DNA of 64,000 nt, taken from assembly GCA_002633005.1 (NCBI GenBank), contig NMRA01000084.1:234320-298319 (forward strand), given 5' to 3'. The notes beneath the pieces are model-generated. The model made no database searches, was not told the DNA's origin, and saw only the letters and a program-made list of their open reading frames with translations. Made by a program: the position numbers and the translations under genes. Every line of letters starts with the position of its first letter. The first letter of the stretch is position 1. This document shows positions 22,383 through 35,815 of this stretch, in pieces. The stretch comes from Phoronis australis (taxonomy: Eukaryota > Animalia > Phoronida).

Positions 22383-23615
22383 CTGGTAAAATATAATAAC
22401 TGTACAATTAACTATGCAAGTATTGTGAACCCTCATCTTCAAATGAGTGATGACGTTCGATAAACTGACAATTTTCCGCATCAGTATCAACAAGCCTAGA
22501 GAACATTCACTGACATAATTCTTGCAAGACCTGACAAAATCACTCGAGTGAAAAGCGAGTTTTCACGAGATTGCCTGGGGCTGACTGGCAGAAAGGTGGC
22601 CTCTGAAGTAGTCAGTAGGCCAGGATGGAGTGTTCAATTACTGGATTGAATTCAGTCTACGTTCCAAAAGTGGAGATTTTTCGCAGTAAGTGTGAGGCTA
22701 ATGCTGTACAGTGTATGGACATAACAGAGACTTAATCGGCTGTCCTGAGTTAGATTTGTCTCCAAATTATTTCAATTGATACATTTCAAAATGTCGAAGT
22801 CAGAAATGTCACACCAAACACCTAACTTGCTTTTCTGAATTTGCAGTTGGCTATATTTATCAAAATAAAAAGGTTACAGGTATCTGAAAACAGCAAAACA
22901 AGCGTGAAATGCTTCCCAAAACACATCACAGATGGCGCCATCAACCAGTTTTTGTCAATAAAAGCCCTTGACTTAGACAACCTGAAAGGAAGCAGTGTGG
23001 CCAAGTGGGACAAGTGTGTGCTTTTTGGTCAAGGTCTTGGGTTTGAGTGTCACTTAAGCACACTACTAAACCTTCGAGTCAGGATGCTAGCTCCTCAATT
23101 TGGTTTTAACTATGGGTTGATAAAGCATAAAAATGCTCCCATGCAATGGGCCCACTTGCGTGGCTTCTACAACATGCAATTATTTTTAGCCAATATACCA
23201 TAACAAAAGTGGACTCTAATCATTCCTCACTCTTCTCTACAAGAGAGTATAGCTATACCGTAGTCCGCTACTTCTTGAGGTCCTACGCATAAAATGACCA
23301 GTAAGGTCAAGCCAGCATTTTGAACCTGCTGACCAGGCCCTGGTCTCAAGCAATATCAAACTGTCAGTTTTCTCCAGACAAGAAATGACTTCTTATTGGG
23401 GTAAGGAATACTTTGACCGCCAGTTTTGAAACACTTTTAATTCCATCAACCTGCTTTAAGCAGAGAACAAGTGGAATACTTTCACGACTGGTTTCATTCT
23501 CAATGAATAATTTAAATAATGTGGAATAAAAAACATGTTGACAAATAAGTAAAACACTGTTTGGATCAAATGAAACAAACTCATTCGTGAAACTAAATCA
23601 AGCCGTAATCGATAC

Positions 23616-23808
23616 CTTGAAACGGTTCGATATCCAACAATGTTTGGATGTTTGAGATTCTTCAGGACACCAGCTTCATCCTTCAGGCGACCTTCAAACA
23701 TCGGTAGGTAGGTTGTGGTCAACTTTCTGTTAATTTTCTTCACAGCCCAAGGTGATCTAATGGCGCCACCTGGTGCTGGTGATCGTGGCAAGAGGTAGAC
23801 AGAGACAC
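23616..23808 (-). CDS. PBK: PBK/TOPK kinase, coding exon 2
   Basis: Boundaries ctgcag| and |gtatcg. Encodes GVSVYLLPRSPAPGGAIRSPWAVKKINRK...RLKDEAGVLKNLKHPNIVGYR. SPWAVKK is characteristic of PBK. Confidence 0.95.
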
Positions 23809-24164
23809 CTGCAGAGATAGTGAAGAGGTAATACTTAGATAGCAGATAGCTGATTAAAATAGCGCTCTCTTAATAGTTCTCTTGGTTACAGGACTCAAGG
23901 GGACCTGATGATCCCTTTTCTAAGTGAATTTGACCATGAAGCTGCATTGTAATGTAGTCTTGTCATCCAACAAGGCGATCACTACCAGTCTCAAGATGTC
24001 AAGCACAACAACAACAAAAAAACAGTATGCGGTATGGTATGTACAGCTATGACAAAGGTTTGTCAATTCTTTTGAACAGTGGAACTTCCAATGTATCGGG
24101 GTTTTTATTAGAGAAACTACACCAGTACTTTGCTAAGTATAACAAATGAACAAACACACAGGGA

Positions 24165-24206
24165 CGCACGCACGCATGCACACACACACACACACACACA
24201 TATATA
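24165..24206. repeat. (GCAC)n(CA)n(TA)n compound microsatellite
   Basis: Seen directly in the sequence. Confidence 0.9.
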
Positions 24207-25729
24207 TTTCCTTCTATTTCGCTATTGCAAAAACAAACCATACAGAGTGTGCTCACCAGGATAAAAGTAAAGCGCTGGTGGAAGCAACACACTGGCAATC
24301 GCAATGTCTTAGAGGGGAGATTACAGTGTGCCATGTGCTTTCGGTCAAAACCTTGTGTGAACAATTTGATCATTGTTGGTGATAAGTTTGATAAAAACGG
24401 TAATATCCAATCAGCAGTGGGCGTAAGACTGAAGAATGTTACAGCAGTGATTCAACATTTTGCAAGGTGAGATCAGTCAAAAGAAGTTGATGGAGACATG
24501 GAAATGATTTCAATAATGCCCTGAACATGGTCCATCTAAAATACAATTGAAACCGAGGCAAATTGATCATTCTGAGACATCATTCAAGAAACCCACACTG
24601 TTTCTTTCCAAAATATGTTAATAATATGCACCATTTCAATTGTTGTTCTCATTGGCCTGGTTTTGTATGTCAGGCACATTTTCACAGGCCATGTCACAAA
24701 CTGTCGAGGTGTATGGACATGTTTAAAAGTACCAAAATTACACAGATATTTTCAAGAAAGGGGATTTTGTTCAGTTCAAAATTAACCAATAAACTTGCTT
24801 GATCCATTCGAACCGTCTTTGCTTGATGCTGGAAAAGTGAAAAACTTAACATCATGCATCCATGTATACTTGTCGAATTTACTCAACCTTCTCCCATCAA
24901 AGTTGCAGTCCACAGCACAGCAGTAACACCTCACTTGCATTGGAAGGACTAATAGAGTAATGCAGCCAAGAAAAACTTTACTACAAAAAACATACGTGAG
25001 TCTCCAATGGTGCAAAAAGAAGGCTATGTGGACAATTTGTGACGGACGTACAATCAGAGAACATTTTGATCAATTGTGAAAAAATTTCATCCTAGGAAGA
25101 TAATTAATGCATCAATTGATATGTCTCATTGATAGCTTTCAAAGCGTGTATCAACTTTTCTCCTATCCTTTTATCCGAGTGAGAAAATTGCCTTTAAAGG
25201 GGTGTGACGGATGTACATAGAGAATTTGATTTTTTTTTAAAAACGTTAACGTTAATTTTCTGTGAGTTGCATTTGGTTACAATTTGTTTTATATGATAAT
25301 TTAGTTCAATGTTCACAAAGTACAAAACACTAAATTTTTTGATGTCTTGTAAGAAATTTTCGTCAGACAGCTTGATGTAAGTTGACAGCGTGTGGCAAAT
25401 GTACATGATGGACGTACCCTCTGAATTTCTAGTACTACATTGTTTGTTGTCACTAAGATATCAATTGAGAATCATTGAAACTTTTGCAGTATTTAAGCTA
25501 TATTGGTCTTTTACAAGTGAATCAATGTCTTTAATCAAAATGAATAGATTGACATTTTGCTCGAAATCATCACAGGTAAGCCTACGCAAGGAATGTACTC
25601 TGAGATGTTAACTTTGCAATACATTTGATTAAAGAAAAAACAACCCGCTAAAACCCTCCCTTCGAAGATGATAAGTTATGCAGATGGGAATGAGAGTGAT
25701 AATCAACTGCTGGTTATCATTAAACTGTT

Positions 25730-28700
25730 TTTAGGCATTCAATAGAGTACTAATTTGAAAACAATAAGCAAAAGTTCTGCGATAATGGTTTTCTCAGACT
25801 AACCGTTTTCGAGTTATTTGACTTTGAATTTCAAAAAAATGCATAATTTCATTTTTTTTCGAAAACTTTATGGAATATTGCGAAACTATCAATCAAGATA
25901 GAGTTTTGGACGGGCTTTAAGAAGATATTTTCCATTTTTCACTACGATGTCTACTTTTTGAATTATTTGAGATTTTCTGATAGCGATGTTCCTTTGTTGA
26001 CAGCTCTTGCTGCACTGATGTTGGTTTAGCTTCTGTTGAACAAAACCATGAAGACATTGCTCATAGAGGCCGCATTTTTCGATGTGCAGGGCTGAAAATT
26101 GGTACGATTATTAGAGCATACAAGCACAACTCCGCTGTAAATATTTAACTTCTGGTCAAAGATGGCGGAAATATCAACAATGGCGCATGCGCACCTCGAT
26201 AACTGGCCGAAAAAGTATTTTCCTGTAGAGGGCGCATTGGTGAACCAATTAGTTTCAAACTGGTCACGGGTTTGTTGCATTTGATAAGCTTTTATAAAAT
26301 TTTGTCAAACCGAAAGTCATTTTCAAGAATGCGGCTCTGGTGCATTTTGAACCGTTTTCAATCGTTCTATGGTCGCATTTTTAACGGGAAGAGCAAATGA
26401 CATGAATTTTTGCATGTGGATTCCTTGAAGTATGCTCTTTCAAAAGTTCTGGGATAATGTTTTCCTCAGACTTACCGTTTTCGAGTGACTTTGAATTTCA
26501 AAAAACGCAAAATTTCAATTGTTTCGAAAAAATTATGGAATATTGCGAAACTATCAATTTAGATAGAATTTGGAACGGGCTTTCAGAAGATGTTATCCAT
26601 TTTTCGCAAGGACGTCTACTTTTTTAATTATTTGAGATTTTCTGATAGCGCTGTTCCTTTGTTGAGCGCTCTTACTGCATTGATGTTGGTTTAGTTTATT
26701 TGAACAAGACTGTAGCTTATTTCTTACTAATTCATGACATCTAAGTTCCGCATGAATGTTATGATGTTGTTCATCATCGCCACCTTCATCATCACAATCA
26801 TCATCGTCGTTAATTTTGCCTATTGTCGCTAAAGACTGTAGGTAGCACTGAACAGTCAGGCCGCGGCCACGGAGCATTTTCTAGACCCTAGAATTTATGT
26901 TGAGGGCGTGTCACACGCGTGTGTCAGGTTTGGCGAGTGGTTTGAGGAAATTGTTGATAACAATTGCCAGGAAACTTATTTACTTGTGTTTTTGAATGAG
27001 AAAAGCCAAGTTTTACGTACTTTTGATGCAAACTGGTGGCTGTCATTTGCTATCAACCCCTGTCGTCTGCTGTCCGAGGAACCGGGTGCGATTTCAGGTG
27101 GCTGTCAGACATTTCAAATTTGCCAAGAAAGTAGCTGGTAAGAGGCTTACTATGACCACATAGTTAGAATCTAGTGAGAACGAGCATTTTGAATTTGTAG
27201 TCAGACTCTTTCTAGCACTTGCAGGGAAGTGGTTTTTTCGGGGAGAAAATTGTCAAATTTGGCATCTTTTGCAAATAGTTTTGTGTGCCGGGATTTTCTT
27301 GCCATGTATATTAATCGATCAGAAATCTGTACAGTTCGGGCTTTCATAAGATATTTTTCATTTTTCGCTAGGACATCTTTAACTTTTCGAATTATTCGAG
27401 ATTTTCTGATAACGCTGCTCCTTTGTTGAGCGATTTGCTACAGTGATTGGTTTACTGAACAAGACAGTAGACTATTTCTTACTGATTTCTGACATCTTCG
27501 CTAGTCATATGAATGTTATTGTGTTGCTCATAATTCCCATTATCATCATCATAACCCTCATCGCCGTCGTCATCTCCGTCGGCGTCTTTTCTGTTAACTT
27601 CGCCAAGTGTTGCTCCTCCGAGCACTCTCGCACTGTTGCCAGTTTACCGGGTGCATGAACAAGACTGCAGGTTATTTCTTACTGATTTGTTCGCTAGTTA
27701 CATGAATGTTATCGTGTTGTTCATAATCTCTGCCTTCATCGTCATCATCGTCGTCGATGTCCTCCCCATCGCCCTGTTTTTACTTGGCGGAATTCTTCCG
27801 CCAAGTATGTTGGTCTGACAGCAAGTTTTTTTTTGTTTGTTTGTTTGTTCTCTACAGGTCGCAATTTTTTCCGATTTTCACAAAATTTGCACACGACGTG
27901 TAGATCGGGAAGTACTGGAACGCTATTGTTTTTTGGTCATGATCGGATTCAAAAATGCGGGTGCGGCGGCCATTTTGTTTCCGATTTCACAGTCAAATGC
28001 TCAGAGAGACCGCAGTTTTCGACGTACAGGGCTGAAACGTGGAATGATTATTATAAAACACATATGCTACACCTGTGTCGAAAAACGTTGATTTCCAGTC
28101 AAAGATGGCAGAAACATTGGAAGTGGCGCATGCTCACCCCGATATCTGGCTAAAAACATTTTCTCCTCTAGAGGGCGTATTTGCGAACCAATCAGTTTCA
28201 AACTGATCACGGGTTTGTTGCTATTAATAAGCTTTTATAAAATTTTGTTTAACCGGAAGTCACTTTGAAGATGGCGGCTGTGGCGCATGTTCACACGTTT
28301 TCAATCGTTCTGCGGTCGCGTTGTTAACGGGAAGAGCAAATGACATGAATATTTGCATATGGATTCCTTGAAGTATGCTCTTTCAAAAGTTTGGCGATAG
28401 CGTTTTTCTCAGACTTACCATTTTCGAGTTATTTGACTTTGAATTTCAAAAAAAACGCAAAATATCAAATTTTTCAAAAAAGTTATGGAATGTTGCAAAT
28501 TTGTCAAAGTAGGTAGAGGTTTGGACGGGCTTTCAGAAGATATCCTCCACTTTTCGTTATGACGTCAACTTTTTGAATTATTTAAGATTTTCCGATAGCG
28601 CTGTTCCTACTCTGTCACATAGCGCCACCTATTTTGGATTGTGGGAACACAGCATGGCTCATCGATCATTACTTGGCGGAATTCTGGGAATTCCGCCAAG

Positions 28701-30790
28701 TATGTTGGTCTGACAGCAAGTTTTTTTGTTTGTTTGCACTCTACAGGTCGCAATTTTCGTCAGATTTTCACGAAATTTGCACACGACGGGTAGATCGGAA
28801 AGTCCTGGAAGCCTATTGTTTTTGGTCATGATCGGACACAAAATGGCGGACGTGGCGGCCATTTTGTATCCGATTTCACAGTCAAATGCTTGTAGAGGCC
28901 GCATTTTTCGACGTACACGGCTGCAAATCAGTACGATTACACTAGAACGCATGTGCTACAAATGTGCAGAAATATTGGAAGTGGCGCATGCGCACCCGAA
29001 ATATGGCCAAAAACATTTTCTCCTGTAGAGGGCGCATTTGCAAACCAATCACTTTCAAACTGGTCACGTGTTTGTTGAGTTTAATGAGCTTTTACAAAAG
29101 TTTATTGAAGCGGAAGTCACTTTCAAGATGGCAGCTGTGGCGCATGTTCACACGGTTTCAATCGTTCTGCTGTCGTGTTTTTAACGGGAAAAGCAAATGA
29201 CGTGAACCTTTGCATGTGGATTCCTTAAAGTATGGCCTTTCAAAAAGTCTGCGAGAGCGTATTTCTCAGATTTACCGTTTTCGAATTATTTGACTTTGAA
29301 TTTCAAAAAAAAAAAACGGCAAATTTTCAATTTTTTCGAAAATGTTTTGGATTTTTGCGAAACTATCGCTTTAGATAGAGTTTTGAACGGGCTTCCAGAA
29401 GATATTTTCCATTTTGCGCTACAACGTCTACTTTTTGAATTATTCGAGATTTTCGGATACCATTGTTCCTTGAGTCACCTATGTAATCACGCAGCTGCCT
29501 GGCTTTCAGTTCACTTTGTTTTGGTTATGCCTAGTTGACCCCGACTGACCCAGCCAGCACTGTCCTACTGGCCAAATACTTATTGTAAACATAACTTTGC
29601 TCTGCGGACTGTCACATAGCGGCACCTATTTTGGAATGTGGAATGTGGAAACAAAGCATGGCTTGTCCGTCATGTTGCGCCATCTATTGTTCTTTATTGT
29701 AGTTGACTGTATGCTCTCTATTTGATTTCTTCGCTAGTCACATGCATGTTATCGTGTTATTCATAATTGCCGCTTTGATCGTCATGATTGTCGTCGTCCT
29801 CCCCATCGTTGTCTTTTCGATTAATTCTGCCAAGTGTNAAGTTCGCACATGCCGTCCCATTCATGAATGGAACATATGTGCCAAATTTCATGAACGTATG
29901 TCAAAGGGTTTTGGAGATAGAGCAGCGGACGCCGGACGCCAGACGCCGGACGGACGCCGCCCGGACGGACGGACGGACAGAGATGACGGTATAATGCGTC
30001 CACATATAAATATGTGGGCGCATAATAAAGCCATAAAACCGGAAGTTGTATTCAAGATGGCGGATCTGGTGCATGTTGACCCATTTTCAGTCGTTCTGAG
30101 GTGCCATTTAAACGGGATAAGGCAATGACGTGAATTTTTGCATGTGGATTCTTTAAAGTTTACTCTTTTAAATGAACCATAACAATTTTTTCTCAAGCTT
30201 ACCGTTTTCGAGTTAGTTGACTTTCAATTTCTTTAAAAAAATGCAAAATTTCAATTTTTTCAAAAAATTAATGGAAGTGCGTGATAATATCAATTTTGAG
30301 ATAGAGTTTTGAACGGGCTTTCAGATGATATCTTTCATTTTCCGCTAGGACGTCTACTTTTTGAATTATTCGAGATTTACTGATAGCGTTGTTCCTTTGT
30401 TGAGCGCTCTTACTGCATTGATGTTGGTTTAGCTTCCATTGAACAAGACTGTAGTCTATTTCTTACTGATTTATGACATCTAAGAGCGTAATATGAATGT
30501 TATGATGTTGTGCAGCATCATCACCATCGTCATCATATTTGTCATCTTCGCCTTCATCTCCGTCGTCATCTTTCAGTTAATTTCGCCAAGTGTCGCACTA
30601 GACTGTAGCCTATACATGTACTTACTGATGTCTGGCCTAGAGCTACGTTCGTCTTGTGAATGTTATTATTACTTGAATTGTTCATCATCGTCACCATCGT
30701 CGTCACATTCCTCATCTTCGTCATCATCTCTATCGTCGTCTTTTCTGTTAATTTCGCCAAGTGTCACTCCTCGGAGTGCTTTCATTTTAA
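25730..30790 (+). mobile_element. Tandem/nested array of Helentron-associated family H3 (about 5-6 partial copies)
   Basis: 5' hairpins TACTTGGCGGAA..TTCCGCCAAGTA followed by (TTTG)n at 27781 and 28670. 3' modules TTCGCCAAGTGT + stem-loop at ~27599 and 30753 (CACTCC-TC-GGAGTG). The body block TTACCGTTTTCGAGTT...GACTTTGAATTTC recurs at ~25800, 26470, 28415, 29270 and 30200. Confidence 0.75.
29839..30026 (-). mobile_element. Family H2 element, third copy (5' end only, next to the N at 29838)
   Basis: Near-identical to 21942-22126. Confidence 0.8.
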
Positions 30791-31867
30791 TTTTGGTTAC
30801 GTATCTAAACTTTTTGACTCTTTTTGTGACGGAAGGACCGCACCATGATATTCAGGAGTTGACCTTTGCCTGAAAAGGTCGATGATGTGCAAAAGTTGAA
30901 ATATTATTTTTTATAAAGTTTGGGCTTCGTGATTGCACATATTTGATAATATAGTGAAATACCCATAATTAGCTTAAATATGACATTAATTCGCAACACA
31001 CATGAAAACCGAGCTAATTTTTAGTGTCAAGTGACCTAAAAAATGGGTCCATTTAGGCAAAAAGTTGAAAGCTATAGGAAATTCAAATATGAGCCCTTAA
31101 ACTGGAGAGACTGGGTTTTCTGGCGACACCAGAAATGTTAATCTAGACGCAATTTTAATTTTTTGTCTCTAGGTTGACCTTTTCACGGAATTGCCCATGT
31201 ACAAGTGCTCGACGACTACTGCTGCATTGTGGGTAAATGCAGCCAGGTTCGAGTGTCACTCATGCAAATGGCCCAGCAGCACATACAAGTTTTTCAAAAA
31301 ATCCCCTGGAACAGGCATCCAAGCAGAAAAAAATAGGAAAAAGTAGGAAGTGTGAAGTGAAAAGTAGGAAAAAGTAAGAACAAGAGCAGGCATTCAAGAG
31401 TAGTTTTCATCAATGCTTACCAATGACGGTCACCTCATGTCACAGGCAGTAATCATCATCAGTTGGAGAGCCAGCATGAATTTATTCACACTTTTGAGTG
31501 CAAAAGGTTTGACTGAGTAATTCTATCACACATCATCTACCATTGAAGAAAAGGGGCTTTGGTCCCGGGGGGCTCAAAGGATGACCCAAAAATCCATTTG
31601 ATTAAAATCTTGACTGCAACATTCGTTTTAAGTTTATTTCATTCAAATCACCACTCAAATTAAAATGATGCAACTTAAGAAGCGTGCCTAGGGTTACTAA
31701 TTAAAAGACCTACTAATTAAGGACCAATTAACGATGTATTCTAGGTTATTTACTTCAACAAAAGCAGTCTAAAAACGTCCCTTACCACATTCTTGTTGCC
31801 CCCCCAAACCCCCTTCAAAGAACCCAGGGCACTTGTGGGACCAAAATGCGTCAGAAAATAAACCTAC

Positions 31868-32021
31868 CTGTGCCACAACCTAACTTGGACATCATTGGTG
31901 AAGGTGGTATCTGTAATGGGGATGGCGAGGATGTGATGCTGCTCGATGTTAATTGACGTGACCTCTTTCGAGGGGGGTCACGAACTGGTGTGACAAACGA
32001 GTCTTGTTTATGATCCATCAT
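31868..32021 (-). CDS. PBK: PBK/TOPK kinase, coding exon 1. Full CDS = join(32021-31868, 23808-23616, 22382-22265, 20952-20721, 16285-16150, 15635-15470), 999 nt, 332 aa
   Basis: Acceptor gcacag| lies 3 nt before the ATG; donor |gtaggt. Encodes MMDHKQDSFVTPVR...LQIPPSPMMSKLGCGT, similar to human FKTPSK...INIPASPFMQKLGFGTG. All six exon phases are mutually consistent. Confidence 0.92.
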
Positions 32022-32828
32022 AAGCTGTGCAATTGAAAAAGTCAATGTAAAAGTTTGAGTGGAGTCAAAAAATTGAACACAGGATGTTAAGTTCAAAACT
32101 GGTGCAATATGTGATGCATGTATCCCACAATGTATACACAGAGGAAAAAACACAACTTGCATAACACAAAAGTGGGCACGCTGACTGGTTTGAATTTTTG
32201 TCATTCATAGGCCCAAAGTGGCGGCTTCGTATTCAGTTAGATAACCCTTTATTGTTGAAAACATCATGAAAACGAAGCCAACGTTTAATACTTTTGATAA
32301 AAATTACACAGAGGTGGATGAACATGCGCATGTACATTTGTTCCAAGAACACGTGCTCTAAGTACTTTCGTGACCCATACCCAAACATCCTGCAGGGAAA
32401 TCAAGCCCTTCGAAAGAAATTATTCACTCGAAGATTTGACTTTTCACTTTTTCGCTTGTCACTCCAACATTTGCATTTTTTCAACGTAACGGTGAACTCA
32501 TAGACTAAAGCATTCACTCGGCTCATTGGCATCAAGTCATTACATGATGCCATTAGGTAAAAAATAAGATGGCAGAGGATTTGATTCATTACAGTTGTTA
32601 AAGGCACAGGCGTCCTCAGCTTCTGATCGCTTCCCCAATACACTACATATAATACTACAAGGTATGACACTCGGGACTAGAAATTCCACGGGTGCTTCGA
32701 TTACACTGTCCATATCAAACACATAACTCAATAAATTGACATAAAACAGGGGTTCAACAAACCATGAGAAATTGTTCTTTCTTATAATAAAATTCATGGT
32801 GTCGTGCTCCAGCGAATTCACAAGAAAT

Positions 32829-32889
32829 NNNNNNNNNNNNNNNNNNNNNNNNNNNNNNNNNNNNNNNNNNNNNNNNNNNNNNNNNNNNN
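32829..32889. other. Assembly gap (61 N)
   Basis: Run of N. Confidence 0.99.
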
Positions 32890-32969
32890 TGGAGTATACA
32901 TTCGTGTGCTAGAAATCTATGCCAATCACAGCCAGTTTAAAACAGCTTTGTAGTTAAATACATACTTAC

Positions 32970-33170
32970 CCTTAGATCTGTGTTCGTTTCGTATCAATAT
33001 GAGACGGCGTTCGAAAAATAATAGCAATGGCTACGGAGTGCTACAGTTTTTCCGATTTTAAAAAGAAGCGCCATTTGCGGAAACGGAAATCGCTTACACA
33101 AATACAAACACGAGAGGGCACTGTGGCACAGGCGTGTGCGACTGACAGCACCGAGTAAGTACTCGGGGAG
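32970..33170 (-). promoter_or_regulatory. Candidate PBK non-coding first exon and promoter
   Basis: The ATG exon has an acceptor, so an upstream exon is expected. A strong donor AAGG|GTAAGTA sits at 32970/32969. The stretch is CpG-rich, with YY1-like AAATGGCG and tandem ETS-like CGGAA near 33068-33090. Confidence 0.55.
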
Positions 33171-33209
33171 GCACTCATTTGTACTAACAAAAGTGAAACT
33201 AAGATCAGT

Positions 33210-33445
33210 CAGAGGCGGATCTACAGGGGGGTTCAGGGGGTTTAAAGCCCCCCCTCGGGACAGGATCAAAAATAAAAACTGGAAAAAATATCGCCAGAAA
33301 AACGAAATTAGCTACTAAAAATCCCAAAAAATCTTACACGGGAGGAGGGAAACCCTCTCGCGACCTTCCTTCTCCTCGGCGCTACGAGCCTCGGATTCTT
33401 TCGAATCCTAAACCCCCCCTTACTGAAATCGTAGATCTGCCACTG
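33210..33445. mobile_element. MITE with 6-bp target duplication, just upstream of the PBK promoter
   Basis: TIRs CAGAGGCGGATCTAC...GTAGATCTGCCACTG. ATCAGT is duplicated at 33204-33209 and 33446-33451. Confidence 0.85.
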
Positions 33446-34986
33446 ATCAGTCTGACATTTATATGAATGTATCAGGATTTATCTCGTACGGTGGTTAGGG
33501 CGCGTTGTCTCAATGCGAATGCATCAAATAGCAGCCGACTAATATTTGAAATTCATTTGCCCGCGAACCGGCGTAGGCGCCAGTTGCCGCACTTGGCTGC
33601 CCTGAGCGGCCTGATTCACCTCATCACAATAGTATGTAAATCTACCCTGTAGGCCTATAGTTATTGTGTTGTAATCAGTATAATCTGGTTACAACAGAAT
33701 CTCATAATTACATAAAAAATTCAAAAGTCCCTTGACTTTTGCCGCCGGAGCTGACTGGCAGTCGGCGCGTCCCCTCCGGGTAATGAGTCGAGTTAGTCCT
33801 AGGCGTTGGCAGGCGACTCAGGTAGGCCAGCTGAGCCATTTGCAAGACTTATATGTTACGCTTTGGAAAAAATCAAGAAAATGATGCATGTGCTTTTCAC
33901 TTGTGTGAAAATACGCGAATTGTGGATTATTGAAGTAGATCTGAGCTAATGAAGTGGAAAGGTAATAGCTTGCACTACTGTCTCAACAGTGGTTCTTATT
34001 AGTACCCCGCCCAATTTGGTTTTCCTTTTGCAGAGATACAGCCTGCAACTCTGGAGAGTAGTTTTAACTTGGTACATAAATATTACAAAATGACTAAAAG
34101 GTTAACTTTTTTTTAACTTCACAAAGGGCCATTTCCCAAAGGAATGATATGTTTCATATTGGTTTCCGTTATTTAATTTCTAATGCTTCTGCCCGTTTGT
34201 TTATTTTTTCTTCATACCGAGAACGGGTTGAAAACTTTTTATCCAAGTGTTAAACTTGAAGTACTAAAACAGAGATAGATTTTTATCGCCAGCGAATTAG
34301 TTAAGTTCATTTTAATCCCATTTCTGAACTTTCCACATTACAGGTACAGCTAAACATTTCACGTGTCATTAAAGTTTAATCTTTGTTAGAACTCAAATCA
34401 TAAAATATATACAAACATAGTGATAACCAAACTGAAGATTTGGAATCTCTGGACAATTTCGATGGCACTGACTATATAACTATCCTAGATCTTTGTCAGT
34501 AAATTGGGCACAAGTTAAGTACAACTGTTTCCTGATGAAAAATCTGATTAAATGAGATTGAAAGAATATTAAAAATGAATCCATGTGATATTGTTAACTC
34601 TGAACAGCGTTTGTACGCGCGGTAGTTTATCTTCAATCGTACCCAATGGTTGTAGTTTTTAGATTATTAGTTCATCAATTTTTAAAAATCGAAAACCGTA
34701 CTTGGTTGCCTTTTTCCAACTGAATACCGCCGCGGTGTTCGTTTTTAACGAAAATCAGTGGTTAATGCATTTTGTAAATTCGTCATTAGATGTTTAATGC
34801 AGTTTATGGTCGGGTAATTACACTTAATTGGGTCTTCCTCGCATTGGGCAGTGCGGTCATCACAACTGTACCTGGCTCCGGCGCCGCGTTCTCTTTGATC
34901 CTGGTAAAAGCTGCTCAGAAGGACGAGCGGTGAACTTAATTCCCGCATATCTTTAGAAATGCGTGACTTCCTTGCAAGCGTATTCA

Positions 34987-35815
34987 CGGTATGATCAGTG
35001 GCCCAGTCACCGTGAACCGTAACGGTTGAACGCCTGGTCCCGAGGGTGCCTGCCGCGACTGAGTCTGCGGGGTCCCTGGCTGGTCGGGCCTGAAGGTTTT
35101 ACACTGTCTTTCTTTCAAAATCCCTTGCTTGAACACGCGGGAAGCCCAGTTGAGGCAACCGATACATAGGGTGTCCAGACTAGGCTCACATTGAGTAGGA
35201 CACAGAACTGAGTTCAAAAAATGAATTCACACGGACCCCCAACCCGCCTGGGCCGAGTAGCTTCCGCTGCGCCGGCTCGCCGGGCGACCCACTGGCCGTG
35301 CTGTACACGGCAACTCGTCGGTTTTGAAAGTGGGTGCGTGGGTCATCACGTTGCGCGGCGAACGGAAAACAAAGCGACTCAATGAAAACTTATAGCGCAA
35401 AAATACCCGGCGTAGAAAAATTACTTCGGCACTGTAACGAAGGCCGGAAATTGAAATCTTCCCCATGTTCCGAGTAATGAGACTTAATATGCGTTTCATT
35501 TGATTGAAAGACTTTTTGGTAATTGCGATGGATCGTCGTTATGTAAAAAAATCACGAAAACACGGCAGTTTCGGCTGTTGTTAAATCGCTTGACTGCAAC
35601 CAGCCCCACCATTGGCTCCCATAAATCCAGTAGGCCTACCCAAGCCCGCGGGGAAATGTTAGACTTCCGGAAACGATGAAGCCCGCTTTTTAGTCTCCTG
35701 CACAGACCCACGAGATAAGTTATCCGTGACGTCATCTTGTGAGGCCCGGGAACCAGGTTAGCCCGCTGTTCAACGGTTTAGCGCACAGTAACTGGAATTC
35801 AGGTATCATCTACCG
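34987..35815. mobile_element. GC-rich ~830-bp unclassified element with degenerate ~70-bp inverted ends
   Basis: The left end CGGTATGATC..CCAGTCACCGTG..AACGGTTGAAC.CCTGGTCCCG aligns with the reverse complement of 35745-35815. GC content shifts abruptly at the boundaries. Confidence 0.5.

Noticed and set aside
27443-30873. Ile/Val-rich transmembrane-looking and Asp-rich ORFs
   Set aside because: They derive from (ATC/GTC)n simple repeats inside the H3 array.
32994-33074. uORF in the putative PBK first exon
   Set aside because: It depends on an unknown TSS, and its ATG is part of the YY1-like motif; not supportable.
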